Shown here one piece after another: positions 8,830-17,600 of a DNA stretch of 64,000 bases; position 1 is the first letter of the stretch; each line of letters opens with the position of its first letter. Under the pieces are notes generated by a model. The model searched no databases. It was not told where the DNA came from and saw only the letters and a program-made list of their open reading frames with translations. The stretch is from Planctomycetota bacterium (GTDB lineage Bacteria; Planctomycetota; UBA8108; JACQVS01). A program made the translations under genes and the position numbers. The stretch lies in NCBI GenBank assembly GCA_028280485.1, contig JANQLS010000042.1, positions 6,772 through 70,771 on the forward strand, given 5' to 3'.

Positions 8830-11043
8830 TTACTTCTTCTTATCCTTCATCTTTTTTTCAATCTCGATGACTAAGCCCAGAATTTTTCGTTCCTTGGCTC
8901 CCTTACTCGAATGAGTTTCAACGGGGTAAGCCAAAATGAAGGGCTTTTGGTAAGGGAGTTCCAAGTTGTACTTATCGATGGCTAAGTGCGATACTGGGTG
9001 TTCGTAGGGAACGTCTTGAGCATTGGGGAGCGATACTTTTTGTTTAACGTTTTCACCAAAGTCTTCCCGTTTTACTTTGAGTAGAACTTGTGCTTTTCCT
9101 TCTGAGCGGGGAAAGATGGCTAAGGATAAATCTAAACCTGAAGTCAAGACTTCAATTCGAGGGTCGGCGACTGTCGTTTTGCCGTCGGAGACTAAATCAT
9201 ACCCCGCGATGATGGGCTTTTGAGTGCTGATGCTGATCGTCCCCTCAGCTCGGGGATAGAGAATAATTTGGGGAGCATTTGCCCTACGAAACGTTAGGGG
9301 GTCATCCTTTTCTAATTTTGAAAGGCTGGCTTTTTGTTTTTCATCAAACTCTTTGATCACAATTTGGCTTTGGGGTGTTTTTTTCCACGAATTGAAGAGC
9401 TTTTCCCCCTCAGGGCCATAGAGTTGATAAAGAATAAATTTTGCGTGAACAAACTCGTCGGGAAGGGCATCGGAGGTTTTGAGAAAGTTTTCCTTCAGCT
9501 TCTGAATCTGATCCGTTTTTCCAAAAAGAAAGGCCTGATCTTTACCTTCGATCGCTGAGTGGGATTCCGGAGATTTGACGAACGAAAAGGTTTTATTCAT
9601 TTCGTATAGGAACTTGCTGACTTGAACTCCGCTGAGATCATTCGTTAATTCGATTGCCTGAGGTGAAAGCCCTTTGATCGCAATCAAGTTAGAAAGCAGT
9701 TCTCTTCCTTGTTGAGTCGCGCCGCCTTGATAAAACTTTTTCGCCTCTTCAGTCAATGTTTTGGCGAGAGCTTTTTTCGCTTTCAAGATCTCGGGGGAGG
9801 GTTCGATATAGGGTTCACGTTTGGACTCACCTTGAGTTGGTGTTTTTGATCGTACTAAGTTTGGGATTTTTAAATCTTTTTTATTGTCATCTGCATCTGT
9901 CTTAATCGTTATCCACGGGGCGCAGGAGATGAGAAATAACGCTAAGCAAAGGCTCGTGAAGGTGAAGACTTTATTGACGAAGCTCTTTTGAGGCATTTTG
10001 ACTTTTGAGGGAGTGAGAATCATCTTTACTCTCCAGGATAAGAATTTTTTTGAATCTAAAGCCAGGGCCGAAGACGGACCGGTGAGAGGCTGAGGACTTT
10101 GAGATTCCGTCCAAGCCTTGACTAAAGTTTCTACATAAGATTTAGGATCAGGGCAGTCTTGAATGACCGATTGGTCACAGAGGAGTTCAGCGAGACGTTC
10201 TTGTCGCTGAGCAAATATTTTTATGAAAGGGACACACCAAAATACTGTACGCATCCCTCGCCAGAGAAAAGCCCAACGAAGGTCATTTTTGACATGGTGC
10301 CAAAGCTCATGCCGTAGGATGAGTTGAAGTTCGCGCGAACTTATTTCTTCCTTGAGACTTCTGGATAAGAGAATCGTGGGCTTGATTAAACCCACCAAAC
10401 GACAGCTGGGGCTGTCCGTGAAACGGAGCTCAACCGTTGAAAGTTGGCTTCGGCACGATTGGGGAAAAGTAACGCAGGCCTGTTGAAGAATTCCGGTGGA
10501 GTCAAGCTCGGAATCTCGACGCTCATTTTTAATTTTTTGTAAATCTCTCAGGAAAAGTAAAACTCCGATGAGGAGACCCAAGGTATAGAGTGCTCCTAAG
10601 CTGAGACACAATTCGGATGGAAGTTTCCAAGTGGCGAAACTACTGAAACTGAATGAGCTAGAATCAACTTCAGTTAATGGAGCCGGTTGAATCGTCGGGG
10701 ACGATGATTTACGGATAGGGCCTTCGCTTGAAGGATCGAGTATGTGCGAATTCACTTCTGCTTGAAGCACCTTCGCTAGGGAAGTCGAATTTACCTTTTG
10801 TGGGGCGTTCTCTTCTTGTTGGAGTTGACGGCTTAGAGAAATCCCAAAGGTGAATCCAAAAATTAACACAAAGGTGGGAATAAGGCACTTCAGGGTAATC
10901 TGTTGTAGCTTTAATCCGCGAGACCCTAAAACCTTAAATCCCAAGTAGGCCCCCCAAGCCATTAAGATCAAGACCAAGAGCGCGTGAATCCACGCAGAGC
11001 TCAATAGAGTGAGTGGGGGTAAATCCAATCCGAAAAGAGTCAT
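8830..11043 (-). CDS. BlaR1/MecR1-family (peptidase M56) membrane signal transducer with a non-PBP C-terminal domain
   Basis: Multi-TM N-terminal region with the HELWHH (HExxH) zinc motif, and a 4-bp overlap with the upstream BlaI-like gene. The roughly 380-aa C-terminal extracytoplasmic part lacks an SxxK/KTG penicillin-binding signature. Confidence 0.75.
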   Translation of the reverse strand: MTLFGLDLPPLTLLSSAWIHALLVLILMAWGAYLGFKVLGSRGLKLQQITLKCLIPTFVLIFGFTFGISLSRQLQQEENAPQKVNSTSLAKVLQAEVNSHILDPSSEGPIRKSSSPTIQPAPLTEVDSSSFSFSSFATWKLPSELCLSLGALYTLGLLIGVLLFLRDLQKIKNERRDSELDSTGILQQACVTFPQSCRSQLSTVELRFTDSPSCRLVGLIKPTILLSRSLKEEISSRELQLILRHELWHHVKNDLRWAFLWRGMRTVFWCVPFIKIFAQRQERLAELLCDQSVIQDCPDPKSYVETLVKAWTESQSPQPLTGPSSALALDSKKFLSWRVKMILTPSKVKMPQKSFVNKVFTFTSLCLALFLISCAPWITIKTDADDNKKDLKIPNLVRSKTPTQGESKREPYIEPSPEILKAKKALAKTLTEEAKKFYQGGATQQGRELLSNLIAIKGLSPQAIELTNDLSGVQVSKFLYEMNKTFSFVKSPESHSAIEGKDQAFLFGKTDQIQKLKENFLKTSDALPDEFVHAKFILYQLYGPEGEKLFNSWKKTPQSQIVIKEFDEKQKASLSKLEKDDPLTFRRANAPQIILYPRAEGTISISTQKPIIAGYDLVSDGKTTVADPRIEVLTSGLDLSLAIFPRSEGKAQVLLKVKREDFGENVKQKVSLPNAQDVPYEHPVSHLAIDKYNLELPYQKPFILAYPVETHSSKGAKERKILGLVIEIEKKMKDKKK

Positions 11044-11435
11044 GATCGAGCTCCTTTGTTTTTGCTGGAATTCCCCTGTCTTAAAAGTTCTTTGATCTCT
11101 TCAATTTCAGTGGGGGAGATCTCTTCGCTACCGAGAAGGGCTTGCACTAATCCCGAGGCGGATCCCCCAAAAACCTTTTGTCGAATCGAGCCGATGTAGC
11201 GCGATCGAAAGGCTTCCTTTTCGACCTTGGGTCGATAGATATGGGAGCGCCCGTGTTTTCTACGAGTGACGACCTTCCTTCGGTAGAGCTTTTGAAGTAC
11301 CGAAAGCACCGTGGTGTAGGCGGGGGCATCGGGGTGGGGCCAAGCATCGCACAGGTCACCGGCGGTGGCGGAGCCTTGTTCCCAAAGCATCTCTAAGATT
11401 TTAATTTGAAGGTCACCGAGGTCTTCGAGATCCAT
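11040..11435 (-). CDS. BlaI/MecI/CopY-family winged-helix transcriptional repressor
   Basis: 131 aa. The N-terminal LEMLWEQGSATAGDL...YTTVLSVLQKLYRKVV helix-turn-helix is typical of the penicillinase-repressor family, and the gene is translationally coupled to the BlaR1-like gene. Confidence 0.8.
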   Translation of the reverse strand: MDLEDLGDLQIKILEMLWEQGSATAGDLCDAWPHPDAPAYTTVLSVLQKLYRRKVVTRRKHGRSHIYRPKVEKEAFRSRYIGSIRQKVFGGSASGLVQALLGSEEISPTEIEEIKELLRQGNSSKNKGARS

Positions 11436-11493
11436 CGAACTCTCCTGATTGAAACTCTATAATTTTCCTGGAGGTCTCTCCTATGGCCTTAGT

Positions 11494-11513
11494 ATTACTA
11501 TGCCCATAGTAAT
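11494..11513. promoter_or_regulatory. Candidate BlaI-type operator: perfect 9-bp inverted repeat
   Basis: ATTACTATG-CC-CATAGTAAT lies about 60-80 bp upstream of the blaI-like start codon. Confidence 0.4.
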
Positions 11514-11639
11514 TTAGATCGGTGGGTTTTCCAGGAATATTTATGAGTTTTTTCAATATTTTGAATGTTGATTAGTCCCGTAGCCAAATTCTCCAGAATT
11601 TGGGAGATGAAGCTTTGGAGCCAAATGGAGTTGCCATGA

Positions 11640-11670
11640 CCGGCTCACGGGGTGAGCCGACTACTTTGAG
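11640..11670 (-). repeat. GTAG-headed REP hairpin
   Basis: CCGGCTCACGGGGTGAGCCGACTACTTTGAG is near-identical to 24361-24392. Confidence 0.8.
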
Positions 11671-11803
11671 ACGACTCTTAAGAACCTAATTGATCTATTG
11701 AACGGAACTTATTAAAAAGAAGCTCGTAAATCGAAATTCCTGTCTTCAGATCGGATTGAGATCTGAGGAATCCTTTTCAATCGACTTCTTAAATATCAAA
11801 TCA

Positions 11804-13489
11804 ATGAACCAAGAACCCAACAAAGTTATCTTCAGCATGGTGGGGGTCAACAAAACCCACAATCAAAAAGAGATCATCCGAGACATTTCACTTTCGTATT
11901 TTTACGGAGCAAAGATTGGAGTTCTCGGGCTCAACGGAGCGGGTAAGAGTACCGTTCTCCGAATTATGGCTGGAGAGGATAAAGAATTTGAGGGGGAGGT
12001 CCATCTCTCTAAGGGATACACGGTCGGATACCTGCCCCAAGAACCCGAACTCGACGAAACGAAGACCGTCATGGAAAACGTTGAGCTCGGAGTGGGTCCA
12101 ACAAAAGCACTTCTCGATGAGTTTGAAGAGATCGGTGATAAGTTCGCTACGGTGGCCGATGACGATGAGATGAATCAACTCATCGAACGTCAGGGGGAAC
12201 TCCAAGAAAAGATCGACGCCCTCAACGCTTGGGATTTAAGCAATCAGCTTGAAATGGCGATGGACGCCTTGCGTTGCCCTCCCGGGGATAGCGCGGTTGA
12301 GCACTTATCGGGTGGTGAAAAAAGGCGCGTCGCTCTTTGTCGGCTCCTTTTAGAAAAGCCCGACATCCTCCTTCTCGACGAACCTACAAACCATCTTGAT
12401 GCCGAAACGGTGGGATGGTTAGAGCAACACCTTCAACGCTATGAAGGTACCGTGATCGCGGTGACTCACGACCGTTACTTTTTAGATAACGTTGCGGGAT
12501 GGATTCTCGAGCTGGATCACGGACACGGGATTCCCTGGAAGGGAAACTACTCTTCGTGGCTCGATCAAAAACAAAAACGATTAGCCGACGAGAAGAAACA
12601 AGATCTCTGTCGGCAAAAAGCCTTGGCGCGTGAGTTGGAGTGGGTGAAGAAATCCCCTCAAGGTCGTCGTGCGAAGAATAAGGCTCGTTTGAACAATTAC
12701 GAAAACCTTCTCAATCAAGAGAATGAACAACGAGCGAAGGAAGTTCAAATCTTTATTCCACCAGGGCGACGCTTGGGGAGTAAAGTCATTGAAGCGAAGA
12801 ACCTCACGAAGGCCTACGGTGACAAGTTGCTCTTTGAGAACCTCAGCTTCTCTTTGCCTCCCGCAGGAATCGTGGGGATCATCGGAGCGAACGGTGCCGG
12901 AAAGACCACTCTCTTTCGTCTCTTAGTGGGCGAAGAACAACCCGATTCCGGTTCCTTAGAGATGGGAGATACCGTCGATCTCTCATACGTCGATCAAAGT
13001 CGGAGTGACCTAGAAGCTGGAAAAACAGTTTGGGAGGTGGTTTCTGAAGGCAATGAAGAAATCAATCTCGGCGGCGTGAAAATCAACTCCCGGGCGTACC
13101 TCACTCGCTTTAGCTTTAAAGGGCAAGAGCAACAGAAGATCGTCGAGAAGATGTCGGGAGGGGAGCGAAACCGCGTTCACCTAGCTAAACTCTTGAAGCA
13201 ACAATCAAACTTAATTCTTTTAGATGAGCCCACCAATGACCTCGACGTCAATACGATTCGAGCGATGGAAGAAGCCCTCGAAACATTTGCTGGCTGTGCC
13301 TTAATTATCAGCCACGATCGTTGGTTCTTAGATCGGGTGGCCACTCACATTCTCGCCTTTGAGGGGAACAGTGAAGTGCTTTGGTTCGAAGGTAACTACC
13401 AGGCTTATGAAGAAGACCGCAAGAAGCGCTTAGGCCATAAAGCGGATCAACCTCATCGAATTAAGTATAGGAAGCTGTCTAGAAATTAA
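11804..13489 (+). CDS. ettA: Energy-dependent translational throttle protein EttA (ABC-F ATPase)
   Basis: Collinear with E. coli EttA from my recollection of that sequence (ISLSYFYGAKIGVLGLNGAGKST, LSGGEKRRVALCRLLLEKPDILLLDEPTNHLDAE, THDRYFLDNVAGWILELD, C-terminal RIKYRK). Start moved to ATG 11804 to match the EttA N-terminus. Confidence 0.9.
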   Translation: MNQEPNKVIFSMVGVNKTHNQKEIIRDISLSYFYGAKIGVLGLNGAGKSTVLRIMAGEDKEFEGEVHLSKGYTVGYLPQEPELDETKTVMENVELGVGPTKALLDEFEEIGDKFATVADDDEMNQLIERQGELQEKIDALNAWDLSNQLEMAMDALRCPPGDSAVEHLSGGEKRRVALCRLLLEKPDILLLDEPTNHLDAETVGWLEQHLQRYEGTVIAVTHDRYFLDNVAGWILELDHGHGIPWKGNYSSWLDQKQKRLADEKKQDLCRQKALARELEWVKKSPQGRRAKNKARLNNYENLLNQENEQRAKEVQIFIPPGRRLGSKVIEAKNLTKAYGDKLLFENLSFSLPPAGIVGIIGANGAGKTTLFRLLVGEEQPDSGSLEMGDTVDLSYVDQSRSDLEAGKTVWEVVSEGNEEINLGGVKINSRAYLTRFSFKGQEQQKIVEKMSGGERNRVHLAKLLKQQSNLILLDEPTNDLDVNTIRAMEEALETFAGCALIISHDRWFLDRVATHILAFEGNSEVLWFEGNYQAYEEDRKKRLGHKADQPHRIKYRKLSRN

Positions 13490-13493
13490 AGCA

Positions 13494-13662
13494 TTTCAAG
13501 CCCGAAGCGTGAGCGAGGGATGGGCATCAATTAACTTCAAATACCCTCGAAACTTCGAGGTTCCTTCATCCACTTCAGGTAAATGTTTTTTGACCTCTCA
13601 AGTAGGCCAACTTTTTGAAGAGGGATAGATGCCTATCCCTCGCTCACGCTTCGGGCTTGAAA
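13494..13662. repeat. AGCCCGAAGCG/CGAGGG family palindrome with a ~100-bp loop, directly after the ettA stop
   Basis: Arms TTTCAAGCCCGAAGCGTGAGCGAGGGATGGGCATC and GATGCCTATCCCTCGCTCACGCTTCGGGCTTGAAA. Confidence 0.8.
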
Positions 13663-13678
13663 TAATGACGATAATTTT

Positions 13679-14122
13679 ATGAAAGCCTTCCTCCAAAATC
13701 CCAAGAATCAAAAGATCATCATGGCGACGGTTTCCGTTGTTCTCGTGATCTTGTTCTTGTTTTTTTGGATGGGACTTAAGAGATCGATACCTGTATTCGA
13801 TTTGAAAGATCCTCTTAGCGTATATCAGTTTAAAGATGGCAAAGAAATCTTTGGTCGAGTCATCGAGCAGTCGGAAGCTGAGCCCCTTCGCCAAGCTTTA
13901 AAAAATTGGTCGGAAAATGCAAGCTCGGGCTTGGTCGACTATACGACTTACGCTCCTAATCTTGTGATCGTCACCCCAAAGATGAAATTAGATATTCGAT
14001 CGGATGGTATGGTCGTGTCGATTAAAGCTGGGGGGGAGTACTCTCAATATTCCCGTGGGCTGCGAGATTTTGATCAGGAGTTGATCGATGCGGTGGAGGC
14101 GTTTATTGAGAGCTCAAAATAA
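13679..14122 (+). CDS. Hypothetical membrane-anchored protein
   Basis: 147-aa ORF with one N-terminal TM segment (IMATVSVVLVILFLFFWMGL). No recognisable domain. Confidence 0.4.
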   Translation: MKAFLQNPKNQKIIMATVSVVLVILFLFFWMGLKRSIPVFDLKDPLSVYQFKDGKEIFGRVIEQSEAEPLRQALKNWSENASSGLVDYTTYAPNLVIVTPKMKLDIRSDGMVVSIKAGGEYSQYSRGLRDFDQELIDAVEAFIESSK

Positions 14123-14230
14123 TCGTCCCAGCGATGATGGTCGCGGTTGCGCGCCGCTCTATCGTGCATGTTCGCCTTTGGCTCACGCACTCCCAAAGAC
14201 CACCCAGCCTCCGTATGGTGGAATGCTCGA

Positions 14231-14397
14231 CATTTCAAGCCCGAAGTGTAAACGAGGGTTGAGGGTGATTTAGTCTTAATGTTCAGATAGATTTGAGGGG
14301 GAGCGCTTGTGTGGAATCAAGGTGGGCTTCGTCGTCCAAAGAGATCATAAATTTAGAACGGAACATCGGCACTCGCTAACGCTTCGCGCTTGAAATG
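14231..14397. repeat. AGCCCGAAGCG/CGAGGG family palindrome, degenerate, ~110-bp loop
   Basis: Arms CATTTCAAGCCCGAAGTGTAAACGAGGG and CACTCGCTAACGCTTCGCGCTTGAAATG. Confidence 0.6.
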
Positions 14398-14452
14398 TGG
14401 GGCAGCCTGCTGGGTTGGGATATAGATTCAGAATGGACGATGAGAGTCAGGA

Positions 14453-14507
14453 GCCGCCTCGCGGAGCGAGACGACTACCGTCACGGCACGCAGTGCGTAC
14501 CTACTAC
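14453..14507 (-). repeat. Two tandem GTAG-headed REP hairpins
   Basis: GCCGCCTCGCGGAGCGAGACGACTAC and CGGCACGCAGTGCGTACCTACTAC. Confidence 0.7.
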
Positions 14508-14625
14508 CTTTAAATTATTTAATTTCCAGATTCAGTGGCCTCTTTCTTTGCCTGAAGCCCAATTGAGCACTATTATAGAAGTTTGGGTGTGCACTTTCTT
14601 TACGGTTTAAATTCTTAAGAAATCT

Positions 14626-17600
14626 GTGGTCGAACTTTCAACTGAGGGTCGAAATCCGTTGCGACTCTACTGTCATTCCTTCATCGCTTTTATTCTCATC
14701 CAATTTTCTTTCGGAATTTGGAACCATCCACTCCACGCTCAAGTCGATTGCAATGGGAATGGGATCGAGGACCGTAAAGATATCCTCGACCAAACTAGCT
14801 TGGATTGTGACCTCAACGGCATCCCCGATGAGTGCGATAACGACCCCTTCAATTTCACCCTCGAAAAAACCATTCTTCCTTTACCTCAAATTCCGCGCGT
14901 GGTGGTTGTAGGGGACTTCGATAGAAATGGTGCTGAAGACATCATCGCCGGAGCCCGAGGGGTTCAAGAATCTTCAAAACTCTTCCTCTTCCTAAATGAT
15001 GGATTCGGTACGTTCGTGAGCCCGAGCATGATCGAAGTGGGTGAAGGATTCGGGGGCTTAACGACGGGAGATATCGACAACGATGGCGATCTCGACCTCG
15101 TCGCCTTGGGAAGTGATGAGATCAGCGTTTTAAAAAATGATGCCCGAGCACAGTTTAGCCTTTTCGAAAAGATATCAGTTTCGGCTTCGAGCCCTCATGT
15201 TCAACTTGCAGACTACGATGGAGATGGTCGCTTAGATCTCTTCACGACGACTTCCGGCGACCGCCATCTTCAAATGAGGTCGCAAGATCAAGATGGACAT
15301 TTCCAATGGGTTAAGAATATTGAAGTGGGGGGAATTGCGGGGAGGTTCGATTTAAAAGATCTCGATGGGGATGGGCTTCTCGATATCGCCATCACCTTAA
15401 GGCGAAACGGGAACTTTGCAGTCATCAAACAAACTGAGGGAGGTGAATTTGCGGCTCCGCAACTATTCCCCTTGCAAGGCATCGATCCCGTTAATGTAGT
15501 CGCAGCTCCCCTTGATGATCAACCGGGTTTAGATTTAGCGATTGGAACGGAAGTCGCTCTGGAAATTTTTAACCAGCGATTCGATGGCACTTTTACGGCA
15601 GCCAACAGTTACAAAGGACTGAGATCGATTGTCCTCGCCCATGATCTCAATTCGGATGGAGATGTCGATCTCCTGTCACCTACCATCAATCCTCATGGGG
15701 TGATTATCCGAGGAAACGACACTCAAGGAAATTTTGATCGCTCAGAACAATTTCTATCGGCTCGAGCCCCTACGACTTTAGCCTTCGGTGATTTCAATCG
15801 CGATGGTCATCCCGATATCGTCTTGGCGAGTGCGAGTCCCAGTTCGCTCTCCATTCTTAAGGGGGGATCCTTCAACGGGGTTTCGGTGGTCAACCAGACG
15901 ATTCCTTTAGATAACTGTAGAAACGATATTCGAGCGGGTTGTGCTCCTCACGCCGGGGGATTAGGGGACATCGATGGGGATGGGGATTTAGACCTTATCG
16001 CTTCCAATACGATCCCAGGATCGATCTCTGTCGTATTGAACCATGGTGAAGATCAGTTTGAGCTTTTAGACAATCACATCATTCAGGGAACTCATCCCTT
16101 CTCCCTCGCCTTAGGGCACATCGATGATGACGAAAATCTCGATGTGATTACCGCTGATGATTTTAATGATCAACTTTCCGTTCATTTAGGAAATGGCGAT
16201 GGCACCTTTCAAGCCCCGATACTCATCGATATTCCGGGAACTCCCATCGATGTAGAGCTCGCCGATTTGGATGGGGACGGTCGATTGGAAGCCGGAGTCG
16301 TACTGCGAGACACTGAGCAACTAGCGATCATTAAGAATGAAGATTTACTTCGAACTCATTTTCCCCTCGTGACCAAGATCCTTATCGGTAAACAACCCCA
16401 AGGATTAAAATTCTTTGATTTCAATAACGACAACCTTCTCGATGTCGCTACAACTAATTTTGGCTCTAAAGATCTCACTTTGATTTTGAATCAAGGAGAG
16501 CTCATATTTAAAGCTCATGATCGAATTCCATTGAGATTTCCTCCGGGGCAACTCGATCAAGGGGATGTCGATGGCGATGGCTTTATTGATCTCGCCATCG
16601 TGAGCTATCAATCGGAAGAGGCGGCGATTTTTTATAACAACTCCGGGAAATCATTCTCTCCACCCAGGTTTTATGCATTAGGGCGAGCGCCGATTTCGGT
16701 GACCCTCGCTGACTTTGATGGCGATGGCTTGCAAGATATTTTAACAGCCGACGAAGTTGAAAATACCGTGACTTACGTTCCTGGTGAAGGGAACCGTGAA
16801 TTCGGCTTTCCTTTTCACTACCCCGTGGGAAAGGGATTACGTCACGTTTTTGCAGCTGACGTCGATCAGGATGGCGACACCGACTTGATCACTCCTGATC
16901 GTTTAGGATTTAGTTATACCCTCCTCTGGAATCAACAACCTAAAGATCAAGAAGAGATCGATTTTCTCGAAAAGATTTGTACGGTTTCCCAATTTCGAAC
17001 GCTCGCGAAGAGAAACTCGAATTTTGAGTCGAATCGAATTCGTTCCGTGAAGTTTATGCTTCCTTGGGGGGACGATGCTCCCAATATGCCGCTTGTGTTT
17101 TTCAATACGCAAAAACATTCTTTGCACTACGAGTTCTTGCAGGCGGAGTTTGGAGATCTTTTTCCGGCCTTAGATCCAGTGACCTACTACTCTTGGGTTG
17201 CAAATCGGGAAACCCGAAGATTCTTCACGGGGAGTATCTCTGAATATCATGTCGATGGTCGAAGTTTCTTTGGAGTTGAGTTCTTTGCTCAATTTTCAGA
17301 TCCCATCGAACAACCCACTTTGTTTGAGGTGCGATCGATCTTGCAACGTTTGAGTGCTCAGTTTGATCCACGGTCTCTCGTCTATGCTCCGATCAGTTCC
17401 GCGGCTATCTCCCAGGCTCGCGCTTGGCCCCCAGAATTTGTGACTTTCGATCTATACCTTGAAGGCTTGAATGTCGACTCTAATTATCAAGCTTATACTC
17501 TCGGGGTTTCCTTCGGGAGATTGAAGTTTCTGACATTGAATGAACTTCGCGAACTCGAAGAAAAAGGCGGAGTCAGCTTCACTGATTTTTTAGTCTTGGA

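Noticed and set aside
14088-14610. ORFs 14088..14273 and 14395..14610
   Set aside because: Both run through palindromic repeat arms and REP hairpins. There is no RBS and no coherent protein features.
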